Assembly (NCBI GenBank): GCA_035490535.1
Contig: DATHCP010000018.1
Location: forward strand, 628 to 64,627
Length of the DNA stretch: 64,000 bases
Source: Actinomycetota bacterium
Lineage (GTDB): Bacteria > Actinomycetota > UBA4738 > HRBIN12
Direction: 5' to 3'
Part shown: one piece after another, positions 9,334 to 18,844 of the stretch
Numbering within the stretch: the stretch's first letter is position 1
How the letters are laid out: the number at the start of each line of letters is the position of its first letter
Notes under the pieces: generated by a model
Told to the model about the DNA's origin: nothing
Seen by the model: only the letters and a program-made list of their open reading frames with translations
The model's database searches: none
Position numbers and translations under genes: made by a program

Positions 9334-10340
9334 CGGTCGACCAGCACCTCCTCCTGGAGGATCCGGTCCTTGTCCGCCAGGCTGAGGTGACAGGCGGACG
9401 CGTGATGACCGTCGATCGGCAGGAGTTCCGGCACGTCCTTGCGGCACCGGTCGAACGCGTAGGCGCACCGAGGGTTGAACGCGCATCCCGACGGCACGTG
9501 GATCAGAGACGGCGGAAGGCCCGGGATCGGGGTCAGTCGCTCGGTCACCTCGCCGAGCCGTGGGATCGACTGCAAGAGGCCCCAGGTGTATGGGTGATGC
9601 GGCCGGTAGTAGATGTCGTCGGTCCGGCCGTACTCGGCGATCTTCCCGGCGTACATCACCGCGATGTTGTCGCAATGCTCGGCCACGACACCCAGGTCGT
9701 GCGTGATGATGATCACGGCCGCATTGAACTCGTGCTTCAGCGTTCCGATCAGCTCGAGGATCTGCGCCTGGACCGTCACGTCCAGGGCCGTGGTCGGCTC
9801 GTCGGCGATCAACAGGTCGGGGTTCAACGACAGAGCCATCGCGATCATCGCGCGCTGCCGCATCCCGCCCGAGAACTCGTGGGGGTACTGCCGGGCCCGG
9901 TCCTTCGGCTGGGCGATCCTGACCCGGTCGAGCATCTCGACCGCCTGGGCGAAGGCCTCCTTCTTCGAGACGTCCCGGTGCTGCAGGATCGCCTCGGCGA
10001 TCTGATCGCCGACCCGATAGTACGGATGCAGCGATGTCATCGGGTCCTGGAAGATCATCGAGATCTTCGCGCCGCGGATCTTGCGCATCTCGTCGGCCGG
10101 CAGGTCGAGCAGTTCCTGCCCCTCGAACACCACGTCGCCGCTGATATCGGCCTGCTTGCGGGTCACCAGACCCATCACGGTCAGTGAGCTGACCGACTTC
10201 CCCGATCCCGACTCGCCGACGATCCCCAGCGTCTCACCGGGCTGGATCGAGTACGAGATGCCGTCGACCGCCTTGACCAGACCGTCGTCCGTGGGGAAAT
10301 GGACGTGCAGGTCTTTGACCTCCAAGAGCGGTTCGGGCAT
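9330..10340 (-). CDS. Oligopeptide/dipeptide ABC transporter ATP-binding protein (OppD/DppD-like)
   Basis: MPEPLLEVKDLHVHF..., GESGSGKS, FSGGMRQR, HPYTWGLL...CAFNPRC. Confidence 0.9.
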   Translation of the reverse strand: MPEPLLEVKDLHVHFPTDDGLVKAVDGISYSIQPGETLGIVGESGSGKSVSSLTVMGLVTRKQADISGDVVFEGQELLDLPADEMRKIRGAKISMIFQDPMTSLHPYYRVGDQIAEAILQHRDVSKKEAFAQAVEMLDRVRIAQPKDRARQYPHEFSGGMRQRAMIAMALSLNPDLLIADEPTTALDVTVQAQILELIGTLKHEFNAAVIIITHDLGVVAEHCDNIAVMYAGKIAEYGRTDDIYYRPHHPYTWGLLQSIPRLGEVTERLTPIPGLPPSLIHVPSGCAFNPRCAYAFDRCRKDVPELLPIDGHHASACHLSLADKDRILQEEVLVDR

Positions 10341-10348
10341 GCGGTCTC

Positions 10349-11320
10349 CTACGTCAGGCGGACGCGAGGGTCGAGGAAGGCGTAGACGATGTCGACCAAG
10401 AGGTTCGCGACCACGATGAAGACCGCCGCGACGATCGTCACGCCCATCACCGCCGGGAAGTCGGTCAGGTAGAGCGAGTTCAACGCGTACACGCCGAGCC
10501 CCGGGATCGAGAACACCTGCTCCGTGATCACGGCCCCGCCGAGCAGGGTCGCGAAGTCCAGACCCACCATCGTCACGACCGGCGTGAGCGAGGCTCGCAG
10601 CCCGTGCTTATAGGTGACGGTCCGCTCCGACAGACCCTTCGCCCGCGCCGTGCGGATGTAGTCCTCCGACATCGTCTCGAGCATGTTGCTCCGCACGACA
10701 CGCGTATAGAACGCGGCCGACGTCACCGCCAGCGTGATCCACGCCAGGATGTACTTCCCCTGCCAGATCGAGTCCCACCAGTTCGCACCGATGTTGATGC
10801 CGGTCGGCGGCGCCCAGCCGAGCTGGTAGTAGAACACGAAGATCAGCAGCAGGCCGAGCCAGAACGTCGGCATCGAGACCCCGACGAGTGCGAAGACCAT
10901 GGCGGATCGGTCGGCGACGCTTCGGCGTTTGACCGCGGAGAGGATGCCGATCGGGATCCCGATCGCCAACCACAGGATCGTCGCACCGATCGTCAGCACG
11001 GCCGTGTACGGGAACCTCCGGATGATCTCGTCCTTCACGGCAACCCGGTTCGACCAGGAGTAGTAGACCTGCTCGTTCAGGAACCAGCCCGGGAACGGCA
11101 CCAACCCCTTCGCGAACCGCGAGTACTGCACCCAGATCGGTCGGTCGAGCCCGACGTTGTGCCGGACGATCGCGAGCGTCTCGGGTGATGCGCCCTTGCC
11201 GGCGAGCCGCCGGGCAGGGTCGCCCGGCGGAAGCTTCACGAAGATGAAGAAGGTGGCGAGGGAGATGATCCAGAGCACCAGGATCATGAACAACGTCCTG
11301 CGGATCAGGTACCGACCCAT
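10349..11320 (-). CDS. Peptide ABC transporter permease (OppB/DppB-like)
   Basis: MGRYLIRRTLFMILVLWIISLATFF N-terminus and binding-protein-dependent permease EAA region. Confidence 0.88.
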   Translation of the reverse strand: MGRYLIRRTLFMILVLWIISLATFFIFVKLPPGDPARRLAGKGASPETLAIVRHNVGLDRPIWVQYSRFAKGLVPFPGWFLNEQVYYSWSNRVAVKDEIIRRFPYTAVLTIGATILWLAIGIPIGILSAVKRRSVADRSAMVFALVGVSMPTFWLGLLLIFVFYYQLGWAPPTGINIGANWWDSIWQGKYILAWITLAVTSAAFYTRVVRSNMLETMSEDYIRTARAKGLSERTVTYKHGLRASLTPVVTMVGLDFATLLGGAVITEQVFSIPGLGVYALNSLYLTDFPAVMGVTIVAAVFIVVANLLVDIVYAFLDPRVRLT

Positions 11321-11395
11321 GCCGTCCCCTTCGTCCGCGGCGGTGGGGGCCCCGGAGGGCCCCCACCGTTCCCCGGTGGTACGTGTCTCGTCAGA

Positions 11396-13252
11396 TCAGG
11401 ATGCCCCGCCGTTCGCCAGTGACATCTGGCTCGGGTCGCCGACACCGGCGAACTGATCGTACGAGTAGTTCACGATCCGCTCGCCCAGGACATCGATGTT
11501 CGTCCCGAAGCGACGCGGGATCAACGGAACGATCTGCGTCATGACCTTCACGTCCAGGTCCGCCCAGCACTGGTTGGCCTCGTCACCGAGCGGCATCCCG
11601 TGGCACTTCGTGATGTCGTCGGTGATGGCCGGCAGCGGGCTCGGGATGTTGGTGTATCCCGCCTTCTGCAGGGCCTGGGTCGTGGTGCCCATGAACGAGT
11701 AGTTCGATCCGTTCTCGCCTCCATCGAGCAGCGGGTAGAAGAAGGTGTACGGGTCCGAGAAGTCCTTCCCCCAACCCGCCTGGCAGAACGCCGTGTGCGA
11801 CGCGAGCGTCGCGCACTTCGTGACCAGCGCGTTGTACGACAGCTGCTTGATGTTCAGCTTGATGCCGATCGGCGCGAAGCTCTGGCTCATGATGTTCAGC
11901 GCCTTCAGGGCATCGTTGTCGTTCGTGACGGTCAGGGCGTCGATCGTGCAGTCGGGCCCGTCGCACTTCCCGTCGCCGTTCGTGTCGTACTTCGACTGCT
12001 TCATCTCGTCCTGGGCCTTCGTCACATCCCCCTTGTCACCGTCGGTGGCATAGGGGTTGTAGGTCGAAGGCGGCTGACCGTCCTCGGTTGCCTTGCCCAG
12101 CATGCCGGGTGGGATGAAGTGCCCCGCGATCGTTCCCGAGGCCTGCCCGCCCGCCAGCACCCACATCGCGTTCTTGTCGAGCGCCCAGTTGAGCGCCGTC
12201 CGCACGTGGACGTCATCGAACGGTGGCTGGAAGACGTTCAGACCGGTGTAGTACAGGACGTCGCCGGGATAGATCCGCAGCCGGCTGGCCAACGTCGGAT
12301 CGGCCGCGTATTTCTGCAGGGTCGTGGAGGTGGCGCTGCAGTCGATGCACCAATCCACGGCGCCCGCCGCGACCTTGTCGAGCAGGTCCTGCACCTCACC
12401 GCCGACCTGGATGTCGATCTCGTCGGGGAACGCCTTGGATCCCCGGATCGGGTCGGACGACGGGTCCCAGCTCGGGTTCCGCACGAACACGTAGCTGCGG
12501 CCGATGTCCATCCCCTTGGGCGGGGTCTTGCCCGCCAGGTTGATGCCCTTCATGCCCTCCCACTCGTAGGGGCCGGAGGACACGAGGAACTGGCCGAGCT
12601 CGGTCGCCGGGTAGTGGTCCTTGATCAGCTCGTCCGGCAGCGGCGCCGTCGCCGACATCGCGACCAGGTACGGCAGGTCCTGGTCGGGCTTCGTGAGCTG
12701 GATCTCCAGGTGGGTGTCGTCCTTCGCGATCACGCCCGTCACGTCCGGCTTCTGGCCCGACGGGAGCGGATATTTGAACCCCTTGATGCTCGTGTAGTAG
12801 AAGGGGTACCCCGTGCTGTTCACCGCCGGGTCCTCCAGGCGGTTGAACGAGTTCACGAAGTCGTGGGCGGTGATCGGCTTGTTCAGCGGATCGCCGTACA
12901 TGATGTTCGGCCGGAGGGTGAAATCCCAGGTCAGGCCGTCCGACGAGACCGTCGGCATCGACTCCGCGAGGTCCGGCTGGAGGTCGGCACCGCCCTGATC
13001 CACCGGCGTGCCGAGGTAGTTCAGCAGCGTGCGGGCCATGCAGCACCGCAGGAACTCCCACGAGACCGAGTAGTACTCGGCGGTCGGGTCGAGACCGTGG
13101 AAGAAGTCCTGGGTCATCACGGTCTTGAGCGTGCCGCCCTTCTGGGGCGTCGCGCCGCCGCCGCTGCTGGTCGTTGAGCTGCTGCTCTTACAGGCGACCG
13201 CCACGACCGCCAGCACGCTGACGATGGCGATGACCTGGAGATATCGCTTCAT
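11396..13252 (-). CDS. Family-5 extracellular solute-binding lipoprotein (peptide/nickel, OppA-like)
   Basis: Lipoprotein signal MKRYLQVIAIVSVLAVVAVAC, then a large SBP_bac_5-like body; start chosen at the internal ATG for the signal peptide (track ORF is 14 codons longer). Confidence 0.82.
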   Translation of the reverse strand: MKRYLQVIAIVSVLAVVAVACKSSSSTTSSGGGATPQKGGTLKTVMTQDFFHGLDPTAEYYSVSWEFLRCCMARTLLNYLGTPVDQGGADLQPDLAESMPTVSSDGLTWDFTLRPNIMYGDPLNKPITAHDFVNSFNRLEDPAVNSTGYPFYYTSIKGFKYPLPSGQKPDVTGVIAKDDTHLEIQLTKPDQDLPYLVAMSATAPLPDELIKDHYPATELGQFLVSSGPYEWEGMKGINLAGKTPPKGMDIGRSYVFVRNPSWDPSSDPIRGSKAFPDEIDIQVGGEVQDLLDKVAAGAVDWCIDCSATSTTLQKYAADPTLASRLRIYPGDVLYYTGLNVFQPPFDDVHVRTALNWALDKNAMWVLAGGQASGTIAGHFIPPGMLGKATEDGQPPSTYNPYATDGDKGDVTKAQDEMKQSKYDTNGDGKCDGPDCTIDALTVTNDNDALKALNIMSQSFAPIGIKLNIKQLSYNALVTKCATLASHTAFCQAGWGKDFSDPYTFFYPLLDGGENGSNYSFMGTTTQALQKAGYTNIPSPLPAITDDITKCHGMPLGDEANQCWADLDVKVMTQIVPLIPRRFGTNIDVLGERIVNYSYDQFAGVGDPSQMSLANGGAS

Positions 13253-13354
13253 CCAACCCTCCTTGCGCTCGGGAGTCGTGCCTTGGTGAGCCATCGGGCC
13301 CTTCCCTGGGTGGTTGCTCCTTTCAGCCTCTCTATCCCCTCTCAGGTACGAGGA

Positions 13355-14392
13355 TCACGAGGTCTTCGGATCGAACGCATCCCGGAGTCCGTCGCCCACC
13401 AGGTTGAAGGCCAGCGTGGTCAGCAAGAGGAAGATCCCGGGGAAGATCATCGTCCACGGGGCGATCCGGTAGATCGAGGTGGCCTCGGCGATCTGGTTCC
13501 CCCACGACGGGATGCTCGGAGGAACCCCGAGACCGAGGTACGAGAGGCTCGCCTCGGCCAGGATGTTGGTCGGGATCAGGAGCGTCGAGTAGACGATGAT
13601 CGGGGCCAGCACGTTCGGAAGGATGTCGCGCATCATGATCCGGGTGTTCGAGGAGCCGAGGGACCGCGAGGCCTCCACGAATTCCTTCTCCCGCAGCGAC
13701 AGCACCTGACCGCGGATGATGCGCGCCAGGTACGGCCACGCGAAGAAGCCGATCAGGAAGATGATCAGGCCGCGGCCCGGTTTCAGCAGGCCACCGGCGC
13801 ACTCCTGTCCCGGCGGCTGCGCGCCGCAGGCCGCCGAGATGCCCAGGATCAGCAGCAGCGTGGGCAACGCGAAGAAGATGTCGCAGGCACGGCTGATCAC
13901 CGTGTCCACCTTGCCGCGGTAGTAGCCGGCCAGGATGCCGAAGAACACCCCCATCACGACCTCGAGGACCGTCGCGCTGAGCGCGACGTAGAGCGAGGTC
14001 TGCGCCCCGTACATCACCCGGACGAACAGGTCACGCGCCGTGCTGTCGGCGCCGAACAGGAAGATGCCGGCGGGGTTGTGCAGGGTCGGGCCGTTGACGA
14101 TCCCGGTGACGATCAGGGAGCCGTTCGCCGAGTTGCCGGCGAGCGAATGGGTCATCTCGTCGACGTACGGCTGGTCCGGCGGATGGTGCAGGACCTTCGC
14201 GAAGACCGGCGCCAGGAACGCCATCGCGACGATGAAGATGATGATGATGATCCCGACGAAGGCGAACCGGTCCTTGCGGAAGCGGCGCCAGAAGATCTGT
14301 CCGGGCGATCGGCCGATGATCTCTGCGGGGATATCGACCCCGAGTTCATCTTCCTCTTCGAGCTCGACCGGCTCGAGTTCGACCCTCGCCAT
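13355..14392 (-). CDS. Peptide ABC transporter permease (OppC/DppC-like)
   Basis: N-terminal cytoplasmic extension, then RFAFVGIIIIIFIVAMAFLAP and a permease core. Confidence 0.85.
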   Translation of the reverse strand: MARVELEPVELEEEDELGVDIPAEIIGRSPGQIFWRRFRKDRFAFVGIIIIIFIVAMAFLAPVFAKVLHHPPDQPYVDEMTHSLAGNSANGSLIVTGIVNGPTLHNPAGIFLFGADSTARDLFVRVMYGAQTSLYVALSATVLEVVMGVFFGILAGYYRGKVDTVISRACDIFFALPTLLLILGISAACGAQPPGQECAGGLLKPGRGLIIFLIGFFAWPYLARIIRGQVLSLREKEFVEASRSLGSSNTRIMMRDILPNVLAPIIVYSTLLIPTNILAEASLSYLGLGVPPSIPSWGNQIAEATSIYRIAPWTMIFPGIFLLLTTLAFNLVGDGLRDAFDPKTS

Positions 14393-14491
14393 CGCTCCCC
14401 TCTCGGGATCAAGGGGGGGACCGTCATCCCCGGGGCACCATGGGGAACCCCGGTGAACTATACGACGGCCACCCCGGCCGGCGCTTGCGCG
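14393..14491 (-). promoter_or_regulatory. Putative promoter / 5'UTR of the opp operon, with GC hairpins and SD GAGGGGAG
   Basis: 99 bp gap between apgM and oppC; minus strand carries a TATAGT -10-like hexamer, GGGGttCCCC / CCCCGGGG hairpins, and GAGAGGGGAGCG before the ATG. No clean -35. Confidence 0.3.
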
Positions 14492-15781
14492 TCAATCTTC
14501 CAGTAAGCCGGTCACTCTGGGAAGGATCTGAGGGCCCAAGAGCAGGCCGAGCGACCCCGTCGCGCACGCCCGTTCGCCGTAGGCTTCCGAGCCGTCGGGG
14601 GTGACCGGTCCGCCCGACACGAGCAGCGGAACGGGTTCCGCCGTGTGGGCGGCGCGCACGGAGGAGGTCGAGTGATCGGCCGTCACGACGATCACGGTCC
14701 GCGCGGGATCGATCGTTCGAAGCACCTCGCCGAAGAAGGCCCGATCGATCGCGGCGATCACGTCGCGCTTGTCCTCCGCGCGGCCGTCGTGCGCGGGGAT
14801 GTCCGGGCCTTTGAGGTGAACGTAGAGAGCTTGGAACTCTTGCAGGGCATCGGATGCCAGCTCCGCCCACGCGGCGTACGCGGCCTCGGCGGCCGAGCCG
14901 AACCCCGCCGGGTCCAGTCGCGGCGCGGCAACCGGCTCCATGCCGAGCGCGACCGCGATCCCACGCTCGACCGGCATCTCGACGAAGCATCCCCAGGCCA
15001 GCCCGAAGCGGTCGCGGATCGGCTCCAGACGCGGGCGATGATCGCCCCCGTCCCGCGTCAGGATCAGGTTCCCGGGCAGCTTCCCCTCGGCGCGCCGACG
15101 GCCGTTCACCTCCGAGGCCTCGAGCACCCGGGCGGCTCCCTCGACGAACGCGTTCGTGAGTTCGGCCGCGTGGGCCGCCTCGGGCGAGGGGCCGAGCGGT
15201 TCGGCCGGCAGCACCCGAGGCTCGAAGGTCTCGAGGGCGACGCCGAGCGTCCCTTCCCGGCGGTACGCGGGATCCGTGTTCGAGACGTCGGCCGACAGGC
15301 CGCCCTCCTCGGAGCGGATCACGAGGGCGCCGCGGTGCTCGACGGTCGAGCGCAGATCGAACGTGGCGCCCGGCAGCCTGAGCTCGGCGTTCACGTCGGC
15401 CGCCAGCGCGGCCGCCTCGTCGGAGGTGAGGTCACGGCCGACCCGGCGGTCCTGGATCTCGGGCCACGCCCCGCTCGCGAAGTTGATCCGGTACGCGAGG
15501 TCGCCGTCCCGGAAATCCATGCCGATCCCGATCGCCTCGAGCACGCCCCGGCCGGGGTGCTCCTCGTGCGGGTCGTAGCCCAAGATCCCGAACACGCCGA
15601 TATCCGATTCCGGTGCGATGCCGGGGCCGACCGTGATCACGGTGCCGGTGCGCCCACGGGCCGCGAGTCCGTCGAGGTTCGGGGTCGCGGCCGCCTCCAG
15701 CGGCGTCCGGCCGTCGAGGGCGGGGATCGGATCGTCCCCGAGCCCGTCGAGGCACACGAAGAGCAGCTTCGCTCGACTCAT
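14492..15781 (-). CDS. apgM: 2,3-bisphosphoglycerate-independent phosphoglycerate mutase, archaeal type (ApgM)
   Basis: LDGLGD, TPNLD, FGILGYDP, RGRG, FRINFAS, VTADHSTS, EPVPLL and FGE motifs match archaeal-type iPGM (COG3635). Confidence 0.8.
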   Translation of the reverse strand: MSRAKLLFVCLDGLGDDPIPALDGRTPLEAAATPNLDGLAARGRTGTVITVGPGIAPESDIGVFGILGYDPHEEHPGRGVLEAIGIGMDFRDGDLAYRINFASGAWPEIQDRRVGRDLTSDEAAALAADVNAELRLPGATFDLRSTVEHRGALVIRSEEGGLSADVSNTDPAYRREGTLGVALETFEPRVLPAEPLGPSPEAAHAAELTNAFVEGAARVLEASEVNGRRRAEGKLPGNLILTRDGGDHRPRLEPIRDRFGLAWGCFVEMPVERGIAVALGMEPVAAPRLDPAGFGSAAEAAYAAWAELASDALQEFQALYVHLKGPDIPAHDGRAEDKRDVIAAIDRAFFGEVLRTIDPARTVIVVTADHSTSSVRAAHTAEPVPLLVSGGPVTPDGSEAYGERACATGSLGLLLGPQILPRVTGLLED

Positions 15782-15791
15782 GGCGTACTGC

Positions 15792-16565
15792 TCATGCCGA
15801 CTTCACGATCAGCGCGAAGTCCTCGGGGTCGAGGCTCGCGCCGCCGACGAGCGCACCGTCGATCTCGGGATGCGCCATGAAGCCGCGGATGTTGCCGGGC
15901 TTCACGCTGCCGCCGTACTGGACGCGGACCTCCCGTCCGACGCCGTCATCTCCGTAGGTGGTCGCGAGCGTTCCCCGGATCAGCTCGACGACGTGCCCGG
16001 CGTCGGCCGGCTCGGCGTTGCGTCCGGTCCCGATCGCCCAGATCGGCTCGTACGCCACGACCGCCGTTCGCGCGGCCTCGGCCGCGATCCCGTCGAACGC
16101 ACGCGTGATCTGCTCGCGCACCTTCGACTCGGTGCCGCCCGCATCACGTTCCTCGAGGGTCTCTCCCACGCAGACGATCGGCGTCATCCCGTGCGCCACG
16201 ACCGCGCGGGCCTTGGCGTTGACGGTCGCGTCGTCCTCGCCGAACAACTGCCGGCGCTCGGAGTGCCCCACGATCACGTGATCCACCTTCAGCGCGGCCA
16301 GCATCAGCGGGGAGACCTCGCCGGTGAACGCTCCCTCGTCTTTCGGGGAGACGTCCTGAGCGCCGAGGCCGTACGCGAGCCGGTCGGAGTCGATCAGGGT
16401 CTGCACCGACCGTAGCGACGTGAACGATGGGCAGATCACCACCTCGACGCGCTCGGCGTCGGTGGCGTCCAGCAGGTAGCTGAGCTTCTGGACCGCCTGG
16501 ATCGCCTCCAGGTGCGTCTTGAACATCTTCCAGTTCGCCGCGATGATCGGTCGTCGGTCGGGCAT
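15792..16565 (-). CDS. tpiA: Triosephosphate isomerase
   Basis: IIAANWKM, VGHSERR, AYEPIWAIGTG, YGGSV, all canonical TIM motifs. Confidence 0.95.
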   Translation of the reverse strand: MPDRRPIIAANWKMFKTHLEAIQAVQKLSYLLDATDAERVEVVICPSFTSLRSVQTLIDSDRLAYGLGAQDVSPKDEGAFTGEVSPLMLAALKVDHVIVGHSERRQLFGEDDATVNAKARAVVAHGMTPIVCVGETLEERDAGGTESKVREQITRAFDGIAAEAARTAVVAYEPIWAIGTGRNAEPADAGHVVELIRGTLATTYGDDGVGREVRVQYGGSVKPGNIRGFMAHPEIDGALVGGASLDPEDFALIVKSA

Positions 16566-17744
16566 CTACTCCTCCAGGATCGTGATACCGGGCAGCGCGC
16601 GGCCCTCGAGGAACTCCAGGGACGCCCCGCCGCCGGTGGACAGGTGGTCGAACGAGCCCTCGAGGCCGGCGGCGCGCACGGCGGCGAGCGAATCTCCCCC
16701 ACCGACCACCGTGAAGGCGGGGGCCGCCGCCACCGCCAGGGCCACACCGCGGGTGCCGGCGTCGAACGGTGGATGCTCGAAGACGCCCATCGGGCCGTTC
16801 CAGAGCACGGTCTTCGCGCCGGCGATCACCTCGCCGAACCGCGCGACGGTCGCGGGGCCGATGTCCAGCCCCTTCAGTCCCGCGGGGATCGCGCCCGCCG
16901 GGACGGTGCGCGCCTCGGCATCCTCCGCGGCGGCGGCCGCCACCACGTCGATCGGGAGCTCGATCGCGACGCCCCGGGTCCGGGCCCGCTCGCCGCTCGC
17001 GCGGACGTCGTCGAAGCGGTCCGGCTCGACCAACGAGTCCCCGATCGCGCCGCCGGAGGCCGCCAGGAGCGTGAACGCCATCGCGCCGCCGATCAGCAGC
17101 GCGTCCACCCGGTCGACGAGCGCGTCGATCACCGGGAGCTTGTCCGAGACCTTCGCGCCACCGAGGATCGCGACGTACGGCCGGTCGGCGTCGCGGAGGA
17201 GCCGGCCGAGCACGTCGACCTCGCGCTGCACGAGTCGGCCGGCGACCGCGGCCCGGCCGCTCGCGAGCATCAGCTCGGGCAGCGCGCTCACCGACGCGTG
17301 CGCCCGGTGCACCGCGCCGAACGCGTCGTCGACGTACGCATCGGCGAGCTCCGCCAGACGGCCGGCGAAGGCCGGATCGTCCCGCTCCTCGCCGGGATCG
17401 AAGCGGAGGTTCTCGAGCAGGACCACCGGATCGTCGGGGAGCTCGACCGGGGTCACGTCGGCGAGCGCCGTCACGGGCTCGCCGAGCAGCTCGCCGAGCC
17501 GCTCCCCGACCGGCCGCAGGCGCAGATCATCGCGCGCCGTGCCCTTGGGCCGCCCGAGGTGTGAGGCGACCACGAGCGCCGCCCCCAGCTCGCGCAGTTC
17601 GCGCAACGTGGGGATCGCGGCCCGGATCCGGCTGTCGTCGGCGACGGCGCCGTCGGCGAGCGGCACGTTCAGATCGAGCCGCACGAAGACCCGGACGCCG
17701 GCAACGTTCCCGAGTCGGTCGAGCGTCCGCAGCCGCGGGCTCAC
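16566..17744 (-). CDS. pgk: Phosphoglycerate kinase
   Basis: VRLDLNVPL, ASHLGRP, PGK body; start placed at GTG 17744 overlapping the gap stop (GTGA). Track ORF is 18 codons longer. Confidence 0.88.
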   Translation of the reverse strand: MSPRLRTLDRLGNVAGVRVFVRLDLNVPLADGAVADDSRIRAAIPTLRELRELGAALVVASHLGRPKGTARDDLRLRPVGERLGELLGEPVTALADVTPVELPDDPVVLLENLRFDPGEERDDPAFAGRLAELADAYVDDAFGAVHRAHASVSALPELMLASGRAAVAGRLVQREVDVLGRLLRDADRPYVAILGGAKVSDKLPVIDALVDRVDALLIGGAMAFTLLAASGGAIGDSLVEPDRFDDVRASGERARTRGVAIELPIDVVAAAAAEDAEARTVPAGAIPAGLKGLDIGPATVARFGEVIAGAKTVLWNGPMGVFEHPPFDAGTRGVALAVAAAPAFTVVGGGDSLAAVRAAGLEGSFDHLSTGGGASLEFLEGRALPGITILEE

Positions 17745-18751
17745 CGCGACGAGGTGACGATCTCGACGAGGTCGACGAGGCGGTTCGAGTACCCCCACTC
17801 GTTGTCGTACCAGCCCATCACCTTAACCAGGTTGCCCATCGCCATCGTGAGGGGGGCGTCGAACGTGCACGAGGCCGGCGAGCCCACGATGTCGGAGGAC
17901 ACGATCGGTGCCGTCGAGTAGACGAGCACCGGCGCGAGCGGGCCGTGCTCGGCGGCGGTGCGGAAGGCCTCGTTCACCTCCTCGACCGAGACCTCGCGCC
18001 CGAGGATCGCGGTGAAGTCCGTGATCGACCCGTCGGGAACCGGCACGCGCAGGGACTGCCCGTCCAGCCGGCCTTGCATCGCCTCGAGCACGAGGCCCGT
18101 CGCGCGGGCCGCACCGGTCGAGGACGGGATCACGTTGATCGCGGCCGCACGCGCCTCCCGAAGGTCCTTGGAGGCCGGTCCGTCGATCAGGGCCTGGGTG
18201 GCCGTGTACGCGTGAACCGTGGTCATGAGCCCCTTCTCGACACCGAACGCATCGTCAAGGACCTTGACCATCGGCACGAAGCAGTTCGTCGTGCACGAAG
18301 CGTTCGAGATCACCTTGTGCCGCTCGGGATCGAAGGTATCGTCGTTCACACCGACCACGAAGGTCGCGTCGACCCCTTTCCCGGGCGCCGAGATCACGAC
18401 GATCGGCGCGCCCGCGTCCAGGTGCAGCGCCGCCTTCTCGCGCGTGGTGAACAGGCCGGTCGATTCGACGACCACGTCGACGCCGAGCTCGTTCCACGGC
18501 AGCGCCGCCGGATCACGCTCGGCGAGGATCTTCATCGTGTCGCCGTCGACCTTGATGCCGTCCCCGACCACCTCGACGTCAGCTTCGTACGTGCCGAGGA
18601 TCGAGTCGTACTTCAGCAGGTGTGCCATGAGCTCGACCGAACCCAAGTCGTTCGCGGCGACGAAATCGAGGTCCGCGCCGCGCTCCTTCGCGGCTCGGAA
18701 CATGCTCCTCCCGATCCGCCCGAACCCGTTGATGCCGACCCTGGTCGCCAT
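17741..18751 (-). CDS. gap: Glyceraldehyde-3-phosphate dehydrogenase (type I)
   Basis: GINGFGRIGR, ASCTTNC, WYDNEWGYS. Confidence 0.95.
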   Translation of the reverse strand: MATRVGINGFGRIGRSMFRAAKERGADLDFVAANDLGSVELMAHLLKYDSILGTYEADVEVVGDGIKVDGDTMKILAERDPAALPWNELGVDVVVESTGLFTTREKAALHLDAGAPIVVISAPGKGVDATFVVGVNDDTFDPERHKVISNASCTTNCFVPMVKVLDDAFGVEKGLMTTVHAYTATQALIDGPASKDLREARAAAINVIPSSTGAARATGLVLEAMQGRLDGQSLRVPVPDGSITDFTAILGREVSVEEVNEAFRTAAEHGPLAPVLVYSTAPIVSSDIVGSPASCTFDAPLTMAMGNLVKVMGWYDNEWGYSNRLVDLVEIVTSSR

Positions 18752-18844
18752 GATGCCCTCCCGATCTCGCCGGACGTCCCCATGCTAATCGCGCCGACCG
18801 CGCACGGGACGGGCCGATCGGCCGGGGGCCGGCGGGTCGGTCGG
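18752..18844 (-). promoter_or_regulatory. Putative gap-operon promoter/leader
   Basis: 93 bp gap; minus strand GCGATTAGCAT (TANNNT-like -10) and SD GGGAGGG 7 nt before the gap ATG. Confidence 0.25.
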
